IMG/VR virus record: IMGVR_UViG_3300028025_003683 | Location: 1 to 54,342 of that record | Direction: 5' to 3' (one strand) | Length of the DNA: 54,342 nt | Source of the DNA: a virus | Taxonomy: Duplodnaviria; Caudoviricetes | Shown: one piece after another, positions 27,801 to 38,012 of the stretch | How positions within the stretch are numbered: the stretch's first letter is position 1 | Layout of the letters: every line of letters starts with the position of its first letter | Program-made: the position numbers and the translations under genes | Notes under the pieces: model-generated | Database searches by the model: none | The model's input: only the letters and a program-made list of their open reading frames with translations | Told to the model about the DNA's origin: nothing

Positions 27801-28660
27801 GCCTAGCAAGCGGTGATATGAAGCAAAACATAAAAGACTATGAAGCCACTCTCGGGATACTCGGTGGAGATAATGCACGTGTAGACGCGATTAACAGGGC
27901 AACAACAGACACGGCAGCTGTTATAAAAGCCGCTGCAGGCATTAGTGGCACGGCTGCCCGTCTTGCTCAGCGGCTCTCTGACCAAGGGTATAGCTCTCTA
28001 GAAATCCAAACTAAACTTAAAATCTCTGACGACGCTTTGGTTAAGGCTCAGGGGATTCTTGACAAAGTAGTTCCTGACCTAGCTGCTAACGTAAATATTC
28101 AGGCCGGCTGGGACCCTACGACTATTGACGGCCTAAAAAGTGAACTTGTCGACAAATTTGGCAGCACCACCGTACAACTTAAAGTAGCTGGAGTCACGTC
28201 AACCCCGACAGGCGGCAAACCTAAACCCGACAACTGGGCCTTCTATACCCCGGCTCAGAGGGCGGCTTTTAATAAGGCAAACGGCACCAACTACGCAAAC
28301 GGCGGTCTTGTTGGCCTAAACAGATACGCACTAGGCGGAGTAATCCCTCGCTTTGCCCTCGGCGGAGACACTCAAATGTACCCTAACGGAATGCTAAGTG
28401 GGCCTGGTGGGCCTCGCACCGACAGTATTCTTGCTCGCGTATCTACCGGTGAGTTTATTGTGAACGCTGCAGCTACCCGTCGCAACCTAGACTTGCTTCA
28501 GGCCATTAACAGCAACAAAACTATCTCGGGCGAAACCTCGACTACCAACAACAACATCAGCATCAACGTAAACGCTGCGCCAGGTATGAACGAGCAAGAA
28601 GTTGCTAGCTTGGTCTCGCAGCGACTTAACTTTGAACTTTCTAGAGGTATGAACGCATAA
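24845..28660 (+). CDS. Tape measure protein
   Basis: 1271 aa, helical Ala/Gly-rich with hydrophobic segments; C-terminal GPGGPRTDSILARVSTGEFIVNA; AGGAGG RBS. Confidence 0.92.
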   Translation: MAVVGRAEIIVRAVTTGIKDDIRKGLAGSAGVAETAGSDVSRSFNRGLRSNDISKSFNKFKQETEQLGKAFFQAIRTSYKFQAAAGALLQSIMALGGGILALSGNMLGAAASGVALIGLMAQMKLASVVAKQAFSGIMQAVKASSSGSQKSIRELREEMQQLAFDAEEAALAEEGAALSLEKAREELARSQSLPPDNRARREAELAYQKAELAYRKAKDKNKDLQEEIDNPKKKSGTDPYADLTKTQKVFAVYLKSVMPRMKDLKEAAASSFLPELQTQMETLFKSGYFDMLVGGFREVSGGLAKAVKSFAGTLFDPKNKGNLADFFKSTATNLGSFGSIIGNVFAGFLGLMKNIDPLIGRLAIFLNRKSSNFAKEMTANSASITSFFKLAGDAAAGWGKILGNLWSRFKGFIKANIGPGTGGQLLLDWLKGGTDAFRGLDGAAGEYARKNHFLASAENLKAMLQSIGKIFGFLSDIGTSPEVMVFWKTLEGLEEPFKRIFEGITGSADELAKLLVSVVEIFASFADSAQLNAYLSILATIANVAANTLEALRPLFQLFGPLVGAIGAFISILLISKKVLQLLVYPILLITNGYVALTKVILVLRGAFVAYNVIKGIALAQEKSGIILSAVQRAGIYKEIIAKTLATKATLAQSIAIGMNTARTSAAAIAGGTLATTNAAVGATATASIGPIATMGAALLTSLAPILPIVLAIAAVIAAITAGIIIYNSIKTDNAKRALKSLSTSFEENKQKSMGAAEAQKSWQSSLIAVDGAARNGIENVKDLGKVLNETQVGARGMTVVSNEAGAASEALGTYMKGLSKLAKKSLPDAQREFRNLVVVGKLNRKATTDAILKNEEYVAILEKQAKAMGDTIMAADGSVDAIKAVDYALGEGSYLRRIAALENEKLAQSYKDATASFIDTNSAMQKATDGNKFSLKTYLNELKTQSSKLTDWRNNLTDIRKLFTDPKLYNDIVKMGAAGADLVNSLASGDMKQNIKDYEATLGILGGDNARVDAINRATTDTAAVIKAAAGISGTAARLAQRLSDQGYSSLEIQTKLKISDDALVKAQGILDKVVPDLAANVNIQAGWDPTTIDGLKSELVDKFGSTTVQLKVAGVTSTPTGGKPKPDNWAFYTPAQRAAFNKANGTNYANGGLVGLNRYALGGVIPRFALGGDTQMYPNGMLSGPGGPRTDSILARVSTGEFIVNAAATRRNLDLLQAINSNKTISGETSTTNNNISINVNAAPGMNEQEVASLVSQRLNFELSRGMNA

Positions 28661-30003
28661 TGGCAACCGAACTTCCACTAAATCAAGCGCAAGAGAATGA
28701 CCTCGTCAATAGAGCTCTCTCTAAGGTCCCTTATCCACATCTCACCGGTCTTCGTCTATCTAGCGATATCCGCATCAACGGACTTACACTCAACACCATC
28801 GACGAGTACGACGTTCTCTGGGTGTGTACTGATATCGATGGCTGGTGGAACATGGCCCCGTCTGAGATTCCAGACATCCCTCGCGGTCTTGACGACGGTT
28901 CGTATGATGTTCGAGGAAGACGCTCTGCTCGTATTCTTAGCTTGACCGGGTCTATCATCCCTCAGAGGCCAGAAGATGCCCCTGCTGCTCGCGAACGTCT
29001 TATGGAAGCAATAGACCTCACCTACTCAGGGGGTTGGCTGTATGTAGACGAGGAGCCTACCAAAGCTGCTTACGTGCGCCTATCAGGTCAGCCAATGATT
29101 TCTAACGTAAACCGCCGTGGTCGCATTGATTTCTCTATCCCTCTCAAAGTCGCGGACCCAATCAAATACAGTTGGAATTATTCAGATGGCAACGGCTACA
29201 CCTCAGCAGCCCTCACCTCAGGCACCACGGTAACTAACTCAGGTAACGCTCTTGTAGCTGGAGTCTTTACAGTTACCGGACCGGTCACCGCGCCTGCTTA
29301 CATTGTGAACACCGGCCCTGATGCCAGCGTTCAGACGATAAAGATTGTTAAAAATCTTCGCACTAATGCGTATCTAGCTAACGTAGCTAACTCGGAGCTA
29401 TCTTCCGGAATTGCCACCCTTACAGCTGCCGGGCATACTTTTTATGTTGGAGACGTGGTAAACGTTGCAAACGTATCTAGCAACTATAACGCTACTGATG
29501 CAGTAGTTACGGCAGTCAGTACCAGTACGGTTAGCTATGCAAAAACTGTGGCTAATATTGTAAGCATTACGCACACATCAAACACTGCAACTATTACTAC
29601 CGCAACCAACCACGGGCTAACTAATGGCACGACTATCTATGTCGGTGGCTCTAGCAACCCATTCTTGGACGGTGCCGGAGTAGTTGCAAATACGGCTAAT
29701 ACCACCTTTACAATCACTAAGACCTTAGCTAACCAGGAAACTGGCTATGGCGGCGCTGTCTCTAGACAAATCTCCTCTGCGGTTGCTACTGGCACCATTA
29801 CCTTGAGCACTACCGACACCCTCGAAATTGACACGTACAACGGTACAGTTTTGTATAGAGGTCTGCCGGACAACTCTCGCTCGACGCTGGCTGTCAATGT
29901 TGACTGGATTAAGTTGCTTCCTGGCACTAACACGTTTACCTTCTCGAAGCAGGCCGGCGCTGGAACCTGTACCATCAAATACCGCTCTGGCTGGATAGGG
30001 TAA
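28660..30003 (+). CDS. Distal tail protein (Dit) with inserted beta-barrel repeats
   Basis: Follows the TMP; DIDGWW...DGSY, ADPIKY and WIKLLPGTN...YRSGW motifs; two xHG/TF..G repeats inserted. Confidence 0.8.
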   Translation: MATELPLNQAQENDLVNRALSKVPYPHLTGLRLSSDIRINGLTLNTIDEYDVLWVCTDIDGWWNMAPSEIPDIPRGLDDGSYDVRGRRSARILSLTGSIIPQRPEDAPAARERLMEAIDLTYSGGWLYVDEEPTKAAYVRLSGQPMISNVNRRGRIDFSIPLKVADPIKYSWNYSDGNGYTSAALTSGTTVTNSGNALVAGVFTVTGPVTAPAYIVNTGPDASVQTIKIVKNLRTNAYLANVANSELSSGIATLTAAGHTFYVGDVVNVANVSSNYNATDAVVTAVSTSTVSYAKTVANIVSITHTSNTATITTATNHGLTNGTTIYVGGSSNPFLDGAGVVANTANTTFTITKTLANQETGYGGAVSRQISSAVATGTITLSTTDTLEIDTYNGTVLYRGLPDNSRSTLAVNVDWIKLLPGTNTFTFSKQAGAGTCTIKYRSGWIG

Positions 30004-30038
30004 AATAGTCTTATAAAGACGACCGACGTGAGGAAACT

Positions 30039-33000
30039 ATGCCAGACGCATTACAGCCGATAACTAGCGCAAACGCGCCTAGGTATCGCTACTACATGGT
30101 CGACATTGTTACCAATAAAATTGTTGGTGAAATCCCTCTTGAAGACGTATCTTACGAGCGTTCCCTAAAACAGCCTGGCTCGTTCGAGGGCAAGATTACT
30201 GTCTCGGAGCAGACCAATGCTTTGGACCTATACAACGCTACTATGCCGGGTAAGACTGCCTTATATGTGGTCCGCGACACTGAAGCCGTCTGGGGTGGCA
30301 TTATCTGGGGGCGTACCTATGACTTGGTTGGTCGTAGTTTGGCCATCTCGGCCAGCGAGTTTACTAGCTACCTAAACCACAGAATTATTTGGAAAACTTT
30401 TTCTCACAGCTACTCTGTCAGCCTTGCTAAAAACGCAAGCTCCCCTACTCCTTATTTTTATGTTGCAATTAGCAATGCAACTCTTAGGGAGGCTTACTCG
30501 CTCACTGATAATTTTGGAAAACCAACTAAAGTAGAGATTACTTTTGTTGACCCTAAGCTTCGCAAATATAGCGGATTTTACGAAATTCGAGGAACAACTT
30601 CGAGCCCTGCAGCCTTAGGCAACCCTACTAAAAAAGGTTTCTATGTACACATCCCCAACCTTCCTATGCCTAGGTCTGGTATCTACCTAAACGTCGGGAT
30701 GTCAACAAAAACTGATACGTACTCGTATTTGCGCGATTTGCTAGGCAACGTGTTTAGAGACTTTGTTGACATTGATTTTGCAAATGATGTTATCGAGCCG
30801 GGCATTAAAGAAGCTATTGAAGTAAAATATATGCAGCTTACGCTGTCAAATCCGACTAATGGTGTTGCCAAAATAACAACCGAAACAGAGCACGGGCTTA
30901 TTGCGGGTCAGCGAATAGAAGTATCTAACCTTGCATCTTGGCTGGATGGGGTCCACACGGTTAGTAGTGTTCCGACTACAACTACCTTTGAATACATACT
31001 TGCCAATCCAGTAAGCCCGCTAGATAACAGCACTCCTCTAGAGTTGCAGGCTATATCGGCTAATACAGTCCCGGTGACCGAACGCACGCCTGTAACTTAT
31101 CGTCAAGTTATTGAGCAATTTACTGAGTACATTACAAGCATCAAACGTGAATCTGGATACACAACTATTAAGTTTAATTCAATTCACCCATTTAGCGTGG
31201 GACAGCGAGTCATTGTTACCATAGCTAACCAAAAGCCTGCAATGAGAACTATTAATGGAAAACTAGTTAATATTTTTGATTACAAAAAAAGCCAAGGTGT
31301 TGTAAAAATTGACTCGCTAACTGCATACACAATTAGTTTTGAAGAGACACTAGCAAGCGGGTACACGTCAACAGCATTTGACTTAAAAGAGTCTAATGTT
31401 CTTAAGCCTGCTGAAAACTTTGTAAAAAATGCTGGAGATGCAAAACTACTCCAACTTTCAACAAAGACAGACTTGAGCGGAGCAACCGGCACTCAGTCTC
31501 GCGGGTACAACATTGGAAACAAGATTCGTGTTGTAGGTGTAGATGCGCCCTCCTGGGATTACCCTATCTACAACGGCTATCACTCGGTGCTCGATGTGAG
31601 TCCCGGTACCCCCCGGGCAATTAGCACTTATCTGGTATCTACAGCTGTTAATGAGTCTGGAGACACCTACAGCTATGCTCAGTTGACATTTAGCGGTAAT
31701 GCTGGTTTTACCGAAGGTGACTTTATTCTTGTTGACGGTATTACTAATGACCCTCAGCTGGAGGGGGAGTACCAGCTTTACTATGCCGAGTATGCCTCTA
31801 ACGTCACTACTGTTCGATACTACAAGAACGCTGCCGCTATTGTATCCACTCCCGGTCCGACAGGAGCTACTGCAAGCTTAAACGGCAATGCTTGGGTAAT
31901 CTATCAACCTTCTGATAGCGACCTTCGCTACAACCTAAAGTCCGAGCCTGATTCTGTGTCTGCAATCGCCAGCTTAAGATTTACCCCGGCAACGGCTACT
32001 AAGAAAAATAGCGTCACTATCACTACCCAAGCGAGGCACTCGCTTTCAGTTGGTGACACTGTTGTAGTTGATTTTGGGTCAGCGGAAAAAAGTAAGGACA
32101 CTAAAACATATGGTGGCCGTGTAGTTGTCACTGGCGTAGGAGACTTAGACCAGATTAGTTACACTCTGTCAGGTAAACGCGAACTTCCAATACCAAAAAT
32201 TAAACTTGACGAAACCCCTAAAACAGGTTCAGTAACTAGAAAAATTAAAAGCGTTCAATCTACTCCATCTGTAGAAGCAAGAATTACATCTATTTCTTCA
32301 GAAGCAGATGCCAATGGCGGTGTATTGGTGACTGCCTACGGCACAGACCATGATTTAAATGCTGGTGACTACATTGTCGTTGAGCTAGATGACCCTAATC
32401 TATCCGTATTTGAAAATAATAATATTCCTACGCAAATTGAAGCGGTTACTGATAGTAGTTTCACATACACTGCTAATTTTGCTTCCAAACTTAATCCAAT
32501 TCCAAGTTCTGAAATTACAAAGGTAGTTTCCAGACTTTCTGGTGCCATACCTATTTTAGAGTTAGATATAAAAGGTGTTACTGAATCTGAAACTTATCCA
32601 GCGCAAACCGCTAAAATTACAACAGTTGACCTAACAGAAGCAGACGCTGCAGGACGCGTGGTTTATACATACGCTGCAACAACTACTACAACTCTAGCTT
32701 CTGGTGGTGCATCTGGAACTAGTACTTTTGTAATTCCTGCCCCTAATGCTTTGATTACTAAGGGCCTTACAATGACTGGCACCGGAATCCCGGCAAACAC
32801 TCTAGTTCTTGACGTTACTGGAACAACAATCACGGCTAACAAGGCATTTACTGCGCAGGTTTCAGGTACCGTTACTTTTGACCCGACTATCAATAGTAGG
32901 TATGATGCACTTATTAGCGGTTTTGTAAACCCAGCTGCAACCACCCTACCCGCGGTGCCTGGAAGCGGAACAATAGCGTCAATTAGTGTAGACGGTAGGT

Positions 33001-35339
33001 CCGGCGACGCTACAATTCAATTTACAGACGTACACACTCTAGATGTTGAAAGTGATAAAAACTTTAACGTCAGCAATGACCACGGTATGAGCATCAGTAT
33101 TAGCGGCCTTGCGGATATGTCTATTACCGAAATCTGGTGGCGACACCAAACTTTTCCTAATAGATTCCCCGACATATCGTCATCCGAGCTATATGAAGAA
33201 GACAGCATCCCTATGGGATATAGCTCCTACAAAAAAGTGCTTAGCACCCAGCTTTCGTATATAAATGGCACTAGATTTGTTACCGGAGTTCCTAACGCTT
33301 ATACCGTTAAAGTCCACGTTGGATTTGGAGTACCTACTACTTTTAGTAGCAATACAGGTGGCGCAAGCGCCTCCTGGGCCGGAACAGCAAAAAGACTATA
33401 CCCGGAAGGTAACACATACTGGGAGACCTTAAATGGACGTTCAGATGTTACTACAGTAGATAAAATTAATAGAAAAATATATGTCAATTATACCAATATA
33501 GCTGGTTACGGCGTAGACTTGGGGTTGCTAGGTGTCCTAAACGTATCGGCAAATAATATTACTGCCGTATTCCCTGAGTTCACTCAAGACGAGACAGAAT
33601 TTCCTGACATTGGAGTTGGAGATTTTATAGATATAGACGGCTTTATTAATCCTGAATATATAATTTTAAATAGAAAAAAGGCGCATCAAGTCATCTCAAA
33701 CACTGCTGACCTGGTAGACCCTACTATTAGAAAAATTACATTCCGCAACCCACTTGACATTGTTAAAGGCGTTCAGCAAACAATAACTTATACAAAAACC
33801 GCTGCTTCAACCGATACACCTAAGCTTTTAATATTAAAACCCGCTACTGGAACTGCCTATCTTGACTACTCTAAAGAGAATGACCAAGTATTTAGGGTTA
33901 CAACAGCTAGTCGTTCATCTTCTACTCCTGCGCTAGCCACTATTACCACGGCAGACGAGCACGGATTAGAAACAGGAGACTATGCCAATGTTTGGGTATA
34001 CGGTAAAGGCTTAGCAGCATTTAATCAAAAAAATACCACGGTTGCTGTAACAAAGCTAAGTGCCACCCAGTTCAGCTATGCCCTAAATGCGCCGACAAAA
34101 ATCCAGTATTACTCGGTATTTAGAAAAGTAGCCACAATATCTTTCAATGAATTTGCTCCGCACAATTTCTTTATTGGGGATACAGTATCTATCTCAAACG
34201 TAGCTACCAACGTTAACGGCAGCCGAGTCATTACCTCCGTTGGACCAGCCAGCATTACTTTTGCAGTGCCTAACATAACTACAACTGTCAGCACTACAGC
34301 AGTTAAGGGCACTATTAGCCTAGCTACTGCGGTGTCAAAGTCAACAACCATAGACATTACTAAAAACGCCGCCAGCATTGGACAGGTTCTACAAGCGCCT
34401 ACCATATACCGTGAGCCTGCAGTTTTTGTTCGCAGCTGGGGAGAGTTTCCGGGCAGTGCGGATATTGGCGGTCTGACTTTTTCTACCAATGAGTACAGCG
34501 GTGAAGACTCAACCAACAGCCCGCTTTACGGTAGTGCTCTTGCTACCGTTGCTGATGTTTTAGATAAATATTCAAACACTCTTACGGGTTTTGAGTACAG
34601 AATTGACGTCAGCCTAGGGCTATCTCAAAGTGGAGAAAAAGAGTTCAAGCGTCAGTTTGTCCTCATCCCTCTCTACCCGCCAACCCTCACTGACTATCTA
34701 AAAAGCCTTCCAGGTCAAAAACTAGCTAAAGGCCAAGCTGCGGACCCAGCGGCATTTGGTGCAGATAAAACTATATTTGAATACCCAGGGAACATTACTA
34801 ACGTAAGCGTTGCAGAGAATGCCCAAAACTCGGCAACAAGAATTTTTGTCAACAACAAAAATAACAAAGCCGGTGAGGGAATTGAAGCAGCCTACTCTGC
34901 TGCAACATCTACCGAACTTCTAGCTGAGGGCTGGCCACTGCTAGACCGAGCGGACGCTGTCGACTGGCCTCAGGGCGGAGCAGCTGGCAGTGCAGCAAAC
35001 ATAGACAAGTATGGCAACCTCGACGACGAAAAAGATTTCCACAAGTCTGCCCAGCGATTCCTTCAAGAATCTAGACCTCCGTCAGGTGATATTGTTATTA
35101 CTGTAAACGGCTCGCTAAATCCGGTGGTGGGAACTTATAACCCTGGCGAATGGTGTTCAATCATTGTTCGTGACAACTTCCTCAAGAACCGACTAGGAAC
35201 TGCTCTAGAGCCTAGAAAAGACATGTTTGTTCGACGAATTGATGCCATCAAGGTTAAGGTTCCAAACAATCCCGCGTTCCCGGAGCAAATTGATTTGACT
35301 CTAGTACCAGATTGGCAGGTCGACAAAGTTGGCGAATAG
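30039..35339 (+). CDS. Baseplate hub / Tal-like minor tail protein (ReqiPepy6 Gp37-like) with large repeat insertion
   Basis: N-terminal YRY...D......GEIPL..VSY...L...G, VWGGIIW; C-terminal FEYPGNI, GWPLLD, YNPGEW. The middle ~1200 aa consists of repeats. Confidence 0.8.
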   Translation: MPDALQPITSANAPRYRYYMVDIVTNKIVGEIPLEDVSYERSLKQPGSFEGKITVSEQTNALDLYNATMPGKTALYVVRDTEAVWGGIIWGRTYDLVGRSLAISASEFTSYLNHRIIWKTFSHSYSVSLAKNASSPTPYFYVAISNATLREAYSLTDNFGKPTKVEITFVDPKLRKYSGFYEIRGTTSSPAALGNPTKKGFYVHIPNLPMPRSGIYLNVGMSTKTDTYSYLRDLLGNVFRDFVDIDFANDVIEPGIKEAIEVKYMQLTLSNPTNGVAKITTETEHGLIAGQRIEVSNLASWLDGVHTVSSVPTTTTFEYILANPVSPLDNSTPLELQAISANTVPVTERTPVTYRQVIEQFTEYITSIKRESGYTTIKFNSIHPFSVGQRVIVTIANQKPAMRTINGKLVNIFDYKKSQGVVKIDSLTAYTISFEETLASGYTSTAFDLKESNVLKPAENFVKNAGDAKLLQLSTKTDLSGATGTQSRGYNIGNKIRVVGVDAPSWDYPIYNGYHSVLDVSPGTPRAISTYLVSTAVNESGDTYSYAQLTFSGNAGFTEGDFILVDGITNDPQLEGEYQLYYAEYASNVTTVRYYKNAAAIVSTPGPTGATASLNGNAWVIYQPSDSDLRYNLKSEPDSVSAIASLRFTPATATKKNSVTITTQARHSLSVGDTVVVDFGSAEKSKDTKTYGGRVVVTGVGDLDQISYTLSGKRELPIPKIKLDETPKTGSVTRKIKSVQSTPSVEARITSISSEADANGGVLVTAYGTDHDLNAGDYIVVELDDPNLSVFENNNIPTQIEAVTDSSFTYTANFASKLNPIPSSEITKVVSRLSGAIPILELDIKGVTESETYPAQTAKITTVDLTEADAAGRVVYTYAATTTTTLASGGASGTSTFVIPAPNALITKGLTMTGTGIPANTLVLDVTGTTITANKAFTAQVSGTVTFDPTINSRYDALISGFVNPAATTLPAVPGSGTIASISVDGRSGDATIQFTDVHTLDVESDKNFNVSNDHGMSISISGLADMSITEIWWRHQTFPNRFPDISSSELYEEDSIPMGYSSYKKVLSTQLSYINGTRFVTGVPNAYTVKVHVGFGVPTTFSSNTGGASASWAGTAKRLYPEGNTYWETLNGRSDVTTVDKINRKIYVNYTNIAGYGVDLGLLGVLNVSANNITAVFPEFTQDETEFPDIGVGDFIDIDGFINPEYIILNRKKAHQVISNTADLVDPTIRKITFRNPLDIVKGVQQTITYTKTAASTDTPKLLILKPATGTAYLDYSKENDQVFRVTTASRSSSTPALATITTADEHGLETGDYANVWVYGKGLAAFNQKNTTVAVTKLSATQFSYALNAPTKIQYYSVFRKVATISFNEFAPHNFFIGDTVSISNVATNVNGSRVITSVGPASITFAVPNITTTVSTTAVKGTISLATAVSKSTTIDITKNAASIGQVLQAPTIYREPAVFVRSWGEFPGSADIGGLTFSTNEYSGEDSTNSPLYGSALATVADVLDKYSNTLTGFEYRIDVSLGLSQSGEKEFKRQFVLIPLYPPTLTDYLKSLPGQKLAKGQAADPAAFGADKTIFEYPGNITNVSVAENAQNSATRIFVNNKNNKAGEGIEAAYSAATSTELLAEGWPLLDRADAVDWPQGGAAGSAANIDKYGNLDDEKDFHKSAQRFLQESRPPSGDIVITVNGSLNPVVGTYNPGEWCSIIVRDNFLKNRLGTALEPRKDMFVRRIDAIKVKVPNNPAFPEQIDLTLVPDWQVDKVGE

Positions 35340-38010
35340 AAGAATAAAACGCACAAAAAGTTTTAGCTCCTACATACGTTCTATTGAAAACAGAATGGCT
35401 ACGCTTCGCGCAGAAGCAGGGGTTAGTGGCGGTATTGCGCCCGGAGCCGTTAGTGCAGACAACCTTGCTCAGGAAGTTACTCTTGTAACGAACAGCATTA
35501 AAAGCGCTGACTATGTTCCGGGAGTTCTGGGCTGGAATATTTCTGGAACGGGAGTTGCAGAGTTTTCAAACATTTTTGTTCGTGGAGACATTAACGCTGA
35601 GACCGGAACTATCGGCTACTGGAACATCAGCTCGCCTGGTGTAGAGCGCACCATCGGCTCGAGGAAGCTGTTTGGTACATTCCTTGAAAGCGCGGATTTT
35701 GGCGCTAATGACGATGACGTAGATTCTGGCGTCTACGTTGGCCTATTCAAGTCTTACTTTGAGGACTCGGTTCCGGTAACCGGAGCAACTCGTCTTAACA
35801 ACGTAGTCACAATTACCGCACCTAACCACGGTTATCTAAACGGCGACTCTGTTATTGTCTCAATTGACAATGACTCCACTGACTTGTACGGCACTGGAAC
35901 GGTTCCTACTCTAATTATCGAGGTCTCGAAGGATACTTTTAAGTATCAGAACTCGGGGGAAGATACGGATTACGTTGACGGAAGTGGCAACTTTGTAGAC
36001 CACAGCGTTACCGGAACTGCCACCCTATACGTTAAAGATGTTGCTGGTCTTTACCTGCAAGACTACGGCAAAAAAGTTTTTGACTACGGGTACTTCTCTA
36101 ACGAGGGTGTTGCCTACGTTTCAGCCGAGACCTTTAACCTGATACACAACCCTAGCTTCGAGCTGGAGGTTAGCGGGGTACCTACTGCCAACACTGTTGG
36201 TTGGACGACAGCTAATGCTACGGCTGTAACCATAAGTTCTGTGGCTTTCAACGATGTAGCTTCGCCAATCGATGGCATATATCAAGCCGTCAGTGATTAC
36301 GGTCTCAACGTTGCGTGGACATCTATACCTTCTAATGGAGATGTTTTTGCTACAGCAAACTACGAGCTAGTAGACGACCTGGTTGCCGATGACCCGACGC
36401 TCTATCTTCACGCTAACATATTTGCCGCTCCGTTTAACAATACGGCTTCCGTGCAAGTTAATGGGTATACTGCCAACGACGCTACGGTTGTTGTCACTAC
36501 TGCTACGGCGCACGGGCTGGCTACTGACGACTACATCTATGAAACATTTTTAGTCCCCGCTACCTCCGACAGTATCGTAACTGTTCCTGGTGGTAGTAGT
36601 TATGTTATGACAGTTTCCAACGTAATCTCTAACACTGTATTCCACGTTAATAACGTTTTTGACGCTTCGACGATGCCTCAGGATACTTCGACTGAACCAG
36701 AGGTTATTGTTGCTAAAGTAAACGTGCCAGAATTTAGAGTTTCTGAAATCGAAGTAGATTTTGGAAATGGAAGTGACTATGTCCAGCTCACTAGTCTTAT
36801 GACCGACGGTTGGATAGCTAAAACTGCTTTAAATATCTACAATGGAAGACTGTCCCTCACTGAAGCAGAGCTAAACTCGAGCATTTACAACGATTACACA
36901 AATAATAGAATTTTGGCTGTAAATACTCCGCCACTGGGGATTATTCATCGACCCGCATCCGGCGCTCATCGAGTCGATTTAGAGCTTGAAATTAGCCTAT
37001 CCAAACTATATAAAGCTTATCGACAGAAAAATCCAACCGGGCTTGCAAATAAAAGCCCATTCAAAATTGTATTTCCCGCTAAACTAAATATTTTTCCGTC
37101 AGCCACCTCTGCTACATCCGGGTCATATGTTTTAGATAATGTTTCTCTATCTACAGAAAAACGATTCTTCTATGCCGAGTCTTCTCCTATTTCATACTCT
37201 TGGTATTCTGTAGCGGATAAACCAAACACACCTTCAGTGCAAAGTACTAAGCAGTGGTTGGATATTGACCTAACAAATCAAACTGCCAGCTATAAATACA
37301 CAGATTCATTGGAATTTAAGAGCCCGTCTTTTAGCAATGACCTGACTATCAACTCTGGCGTATATACAGTAAATACTCTAGAAAATGAAGAAATTGTATG
37401 GCAAGGGCTGCACTCTGACACGACCTCTAGCAATTTATTTATTTCTTCGGGTGCTTACACAAAAACTTCAGAAATAACAGCTAACTCTGAAATTACAATG
37501 CAGAGTTATGCATTAAGTATTGTTAGCCCAGCGCACACTTCATACCAAATTAGTAGCGACCTAAGCTATGCCAATACCTCAACTGGTGAGTATATTCGAA
37601 CCCACGCTGCCAGCATAGCTTTGGACTCATATGAAGATGACACGCTTGTCGACGCCGTGAAGCGAGACCGTGGCTCTCAGATTTGGGCTAGTGCCGACAA
37701 CATCATCTTTAGCACTAGAAATGAGATTGTAGGTACTGAGAAAGATTTAACGTTTAGTGTTTACGGAAATACAGAACTTACTGGTAACTTGGAGGTCTCA
37801 CCTGGTTACACAGTTACAGTCCCCACCGTGAGCGCGGCGAGCTCGGACCTCCACGCTTCTACAGTCAAATTTGTTAAAGACAATAGACAGGTGTACTATC
37901 TGCCTACCGGTAACGTAAGTTCAGCAACATATACCAACTCTAAAAAAATCTACGTTAGTCCTACGCAACCTAATGCAGGTACTCTAGGCGATATCTGGAT
38001 TAAGATTTAA
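35329..38010 (+). CDS. Tail fibre / minor tail protein
   Basis: IKSADYVPGVLGWNI...G.AEF.N..VRG.I.A..G.IG.W.I; NLIHNPSFE carbohydrate-binding-like start; C-terminal PNAGTLGDIWI. Confidence 0.75.
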   Translation: MANRRIKRTKSFSSYIRSIENRMATLRAEAGVSGGIAPGAVSADNLAQEVTLVTNSIKSADYVPGVLGWNISGTGVAEFSNIFVRGDINAETGTIGYWNISSPGVERTIGSRKLFGTFLESADFGANDDDVDSGVYVGLFKSYFEDSVPVTGATRLNNVVTITAPNHGYLNGDSVIVSIDNDSTDLYGTGTVPTLIIEVSKDTFKYQNSGEDTDYVDGSGNFVDHSVTGTATLYVKDVAGLYLQDYGKKVFDYGYFSNEGVAYVSAETFNLIHNPSFELEVSGVPTANTVGWTTANATAVTISSVAFNDVASPIDGIYQAVSDYGLNVAWTSIPSNGDVFATANYELVDDLVADDPTLYLHANIFAAPFNNTASVQVNGYTANDATVVVTTATAHGLATDDYIYETFLVPATSDSIVTVPGGSSYVMTVSNVISNTVFHVNNVFDASTMPQDTSTEPEVIVAKVNVPEFRVSEIEVDFGNGSDYVQLTSLMTDGWIAKTALNIYNGRLSLTEAELNSSIYNDYTNNRILAVNTPPLGIIHRPASGAHRVDLELEISLSKLYKAYRQKNPTGLANKSPFKIVFPAKLNIFPSATSATSGSYVLDNVSLSTEKRFFYAESSPISYSWYSVADKPNTPSVQSTKQWLDIDLTNQTASYKYTDSLEFKSPSFSNDLTINSGVYTVNTLENEEIVWQGLHSDTTSSNLFISSGAYTKTSEITANSEITMQSYALSIVSPAHTSYQISSDLSYANTSTGEYIRTHAASIALDSYEDDTLVDAVKRDRGSQIWASADNIIFSTRNEIVGTEKDLTFSVYGNTELTGNLEVSPGYTVTVPTVSAASSDLHASTVKFVKDNRQVYYLPTGNVSSATYTNSKKIYVSPTQPNAGTLGDIWIKI

Positions 38011-38012
38011 TC

